A stretch of 64,000 nucleotides of DNA from the NCBI GenBank assembly GCA_017654855.1, contig CM030337.1, positions 2,170,001-2,234,000 on the forward strand. Direction: 5' to 3'. The notes under the pieces are model-generated. The model was not told the DNA's origin and ran no database searches. It worked only from the letters and a program-made list of their open reading frames with translations. The translations under genes and the position numbers were made by a program. This document shows, piece by piece, positions 60,481 through 64,000 of the stretch (positions are counted from its first letter, which is position 1; each line of letters begins with the position of its first letter). The DNA is from Podospora anserina (Eukaryota).

Positions 60481-60747
60481 ATGGCAGCCATCCCCAGGCT
60501 CGAGAAAACCGTGATAGAAAAGGATCAGACCGTTGAAACACCACGCAAGGAATACCTTCAACAAGTCCCGTTGCGAGCCAACATGACATCTACTTACACA
60601 GAGTACAAGCACCAACTCCTGCCATGTGATCAAGCATGGCAGACCGACAAAGCCCGGAGACAGAATGCTGATGACGATTTACAGGACACATTGTTGGATT
60701 TAAAGGGAGCTAAGAAGGAGTTGGAGAAGCTTCTTAAGGAAGGCTAA
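60481..60747 (+). CDS. Small coiled-coil hypothetical protein or gene fragment
   Basis: 88-aa ORF with ATG in good context (GCCATGG); heptad-like end DDDLQDTLLDLKGAKKELEKLLKEG. Confidence 0.3.
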   Translation: MAAIPRLEKTVIEKDQTVETPRKEYLQQVPLRANMTSTYTEYKHQLLPCDQAWQTDKARRQNADDDLQDTLLDLKGAKKELEKLLKEG

Positions 60748-61281
60748 GAGACGATGGGTAATCCGCTAATAGACCACTCGAATGGAGGTGGGCCAAGCGT
60801 TGGTGGTACATAGAACAGGTACGGGAGTTAGGGGAACTCGAATATGACGCAGCACAGGGGGGGCACCGCCAGTCGGGTCAATGGCGGCGGCGGTGACGAT
60901 GGTGTCAAGAGAGATGGGGGCAAGAGGAGGTGTCGCTAGGTAGCCACTGAGGGGGCCTGTGATGGATGGGGTATATGGCCCCAATCTTGGTGAGAGGTTT
61001 CTTTCTTTTTGTGATTTTGACAATAGGACAGCTGTGTTTGGGGAGTGTTGGATGGGGACATAGAGCACCCAGGGGTTTGATGCTAGGAGGGGTAGCCATG
61101 TTGGATGTGCTGTAGCCGGCATCTGTAGATCTGAGAGCTCGCTGCATTTTTGGCTTGACAATTTCTTTTCATAAGGTAGTTACCGAGAGAGTATTAACAA
61201 CATGGCTTGACATCGTATCTTTAATCCCATCATGAACAGCGCCAGGGGCGTTGCCACGTGTGATATCTGTATGCCTTTGGT

Positions 61282-62817
61282 CTAATAATAGTCCCACCGA
61301 CAAATAACCCCACCACCCACGTTGAACCAGGACGCTCCCTTGCCCTTTCGCCCCATGTAAGTACCCGTGCGAATCAGCTGTGCGTCATATGAAGTGTGCC
61401 CGTACAAGTTCCAGTTGCGTTTCATAATGGAAGCGCCAGCTGATTCACACTTGCCGCCTCCACGATCCACAGTCTCCGACTCCTGCTCGCTTTCCATTAG
61501 AAAACTTCCAATATCTTCATGCAGCCCCTTCGGCGGAGGCTTTCCGCAAGTCATATGGCCGCACGTCAAATAGGAGTCCAAGGCAAGTTGACTTCTCACA
61601 ACTTTGGCACTGCAAGGCCAGCACCAAGCCGCAAAATGTGACTTCTTATGTTCAGGATAACATGTCAGAAGCTCATCGCTGACAATTGGGTCCAGTTTCG
61701 AACTGCAAATCTGGCACGGTGCAAGTGACAGTAGAAGTTGGGACTTTGGAGTCAAGGCCACTGGTACAGTAGCAAGACTGCTCTGATTCCGGGTTTTTCG
61801 TCGATGCGTTGGGTTGTGGATGCCTTTTTTGAGTGCTGATGATGCTCCAAGATTATTCTGGAGCGGGTCTGGAGGGTGCTCAAAGTCGAAGCTTTTACCC
61901 ACTGCTACTCCAGCACGCAGGCTGAAGTCGAAGCTGCTGCTTATCCCGTCGAGAGGGCTGACAGTCAGTGCGGGGGTGACTTGTTTTCCAGTCGTAAGGG
62001 CAAGGGGCTTTCGGCTCCTGGGAACTAACACCTTTCTATTTGTTTGGATAAACTGAGTCCGATCCGTGGTAGCGAGCAAACCCAGTTCATATTGTAAGAT
62101 AACGGGATTCGAACACGGTCGGTTTCTGAAAGGCTTTCTCAGGGCTTTCCTAGAGGAAACCCAGACACTCATCATGAGAGGAAATCCAGCAAGGATGACC
62201 AAGGAGCCCGGAAAGGTATCGAATCTCTTGGTCACGGTCTGTTGAAGCATTCGTGCTTTCAATCTCATTCCGCTCAACGGTGGTGGCCCTAAAGATGTTG
62301 TTTTAATCTTATCACAACTATCCTCCTTATATCCAGTCTGCAAAACAGAGGAGCGTTAGCATGGGTTATTTCAACTCATCCCTTCGGGATCTGCCAAGTG
62401 ACTTGCAGAATGGCAATACTCAAAAAAGTCCTTCCTGGCCGTCCACTCCGCGAGGCTGACAGCTTTTCTACCATCTTCCATGGCGCGGATTGTTGACCAA
62501 AGCGCTATGCAAGCGATGAGGAATCCTCCAAGTGCAAAGACCATGTTGCCACTTTTAGCGCAGCGTCTTCTATCCCGCTGTAGGACACAGGTCGAAAATT
62601 GAAAATACCGAAACACGTTACAGACATATTTCGATTGTTTGACATAATGGAAGAGTGCTGAGGGTGATAGACAGGATGAGGCAGTACTGTGTTCCGATAC
62701 GGTTGATATTCTGTCGAATGAGGTTGTAGCCGTTTGGGTTGGGGTCGGGGTTGTAATGGACGCAGATGGCGGGGGTGCCTGAAGTCCAGTCACCATCGGC
62801 TGGACCACTTCTGGCAT
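61282..62817 (-). CDS. Hypothetical two-TM membrane protein with RING-like Cys/His domain
   Basis: Exon 1 runs from ATG 62817 (or 62877) to 62407, then a GC-AG intron 62406-62338 and exon 2 62337-61282. TM1 MVFALGGFLIACIALWSTI; loop LAEWTARKDFFEYCHS-TGYKEDSCDKIKTTSLGPPP; TM2 GSLVILAGFPLMMSVWV; CQIC..C..H..WCWPC..CGHMTC. Confidence 0.65.
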
Positions 62818-63133
62818 CCTCACTCCCTCACAACCTGATGCGATTGTTGCGGAGTATATAAAATGAGCGCTGGGCATAGAGAAAGTCGAGTTATTCAGCA
62901 CGTTAACGAAGTCATCTGGCTCGAGGTGACATGCGGTTGCCTTGCTGGTGGCGGTGCATTTTTACAGCTTACCTGCATAACGTGCGCCTACCTAGGTAGG
63001 TACCTAAAGTGGCGTGGGGGCTTGATCCTTTTGTACGCCAAAAGCTCGGATAGGATACGTCTAAAGCTTAGATTATAAAGACTAAAAGTTTGGACATATA
63101 ACCTCCCGCATTGAACAAGCTATCGAGCTCATT

Positions 63134-64000
63134 CTATCCTATAGTCTGGCCGCTAAGGAGAAAGCCTGGCTCAGTTTCAAGCTCTGCTTCTGGCTCGGCT
63201 TGGAGCTCGGCTTGGATGTCTGCTTCTGCCCCCCGGCCTGTTTCTGTCTCTGTTCCGGTCCCGGCCTCTAGCTCTGTTCCTTGTTCTGTTCCTTGCTTGT
63301 TCATTGCTCTGTTTCTGCTCTGCTTCTGGCTCCCGCTGTTTCGGGTTTTGTTTTGACCTCTTCTTCAAGCTCTGCTTTAGGCTTGGTAAATAGACCCGAA
63401 TGGTGGCTAAATATAGAGCTGTAGGCAGTATCCAACACCCACCCGAATTCCTCCTGTTGATCTGTCATATGGTCCCTGACTCTGAACCGCTGGGCCTAGT
63501 GAGCCCTTCCCTCTTTCTCCACCCTCCTCCAGTAACACAGAATCCCACCAATCTCATCTATCCAAGGCTCAACCATGCGCTTTTTGGATACATCATCAGG
63601 ATAGGGCGGCCCCCCGTGCTTTTCATCACCATTGTAGACAAAGTACATCCGATAGAGGAGAGATTCGACAACTTGATTGAAGTTCCTTTGCCATGAGATC
63701 TGTGTCAGGACAGTGTCGACTTCACCACCATCATCTGTTGTTTCCGCATTGATTCTGAGAATATCATTGATATGTAGGACCATACCATGAGGAGGACTGT
63801 CTACGCGCTGGTGAGAAAGCCCATAAAGAGCTTCATCAATGCATGACAAGCACCAAGAAACAAAGTAACAATTATTGTGATCCCAGGGATGTTCTGGTGG
63901 CTCATCAAAACCTAATTTCAGTGTGGCCTTGCAGATACGACAAGAGAACCCCGGCAGAGGAGTTGATGCTTGGATTAACGGCAGGTCCGATGGCCAGATT
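63134..64000 (-). pseudogene. 3' part of a gene with a RING-like motif related to the adjacent gene; in-frame TAG and frameshifted E/T/G/A-rich tail
   Basis: The frame is open from the window edge: ...PGFSCRICKATLKLGFDEPPEHPWDHNNCYFVSWCLSCIDEALYG...EGRAH*(TAG 63498-63496)AQRFRVRDH...KPKAELEEEVKTKPE. The acidic repeat tail (GTEQGTELEAGTGTETETG..AELQAEPEAELETEP) continues in another frame. The 5' end lies outside the window. Confidence 0.55.

Noticed and set aside
62987-63000. 14-bp perfect palindrome CCTACCTAGGTAGG
   Set aside because: Built from the ACCT/AGGT low-complexity words that recur in intergenic DNA throughout the window (e.g. ~31267, ~57378, ~60347); no evidence for a specific function.

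Overview
Eukaryotic genomic DNA from a filamentous ascomycete. It has short GT-AG introns with CTRAC branch sites; a Sordariales/Podospora-like origin is inferred from gene content and style, not proven. The first ~56 kb is mostly conventional genes: a histone-fold protein, a CLC Cl-/H+ exchanger, cysteine dioxygenase, a Git3-like GPCR, two large low-complexity proteins (one with C2H2-like fingers), an annexin, a small secreted Gly/Thr-rich protein, an ethylene/succinate-forming-type 2OG dioxygenase, an AA9 LPMO, an intron-containing tRNA-Leu(UAG), a ~2,190-aa NACHT/TPR-like (NLR-like) protein, a secreted GMC oxidoreductase, an MFS transporter, an Asn-rich RRM-like protein and an Ish1/Msc1-type protein. 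The last ~8 kb looks accessory and decaying: TpA-rich tracts, an F-box pseudogene, and two adjacent genes sharing an unusual RING-like Cys/His motif, one needing a GC-AG intron and one interrupted by an in-frame TAG. The most notable hidden signals are four. (1) A ~16-copy degenerate 21-nt repeat fills the intron of the RRM-like gene and is in frame with exon 1. (2) The EFE has a mitochondrial-type presequence and Ser at the position equivalent to Ala198. (3) The NLR-like gene is atypical and strongly codon-biased. (4) The membrane-anchored RING-like tandem sits next to an F-box relic. All gene models were spliced by eye and no database searches were run.
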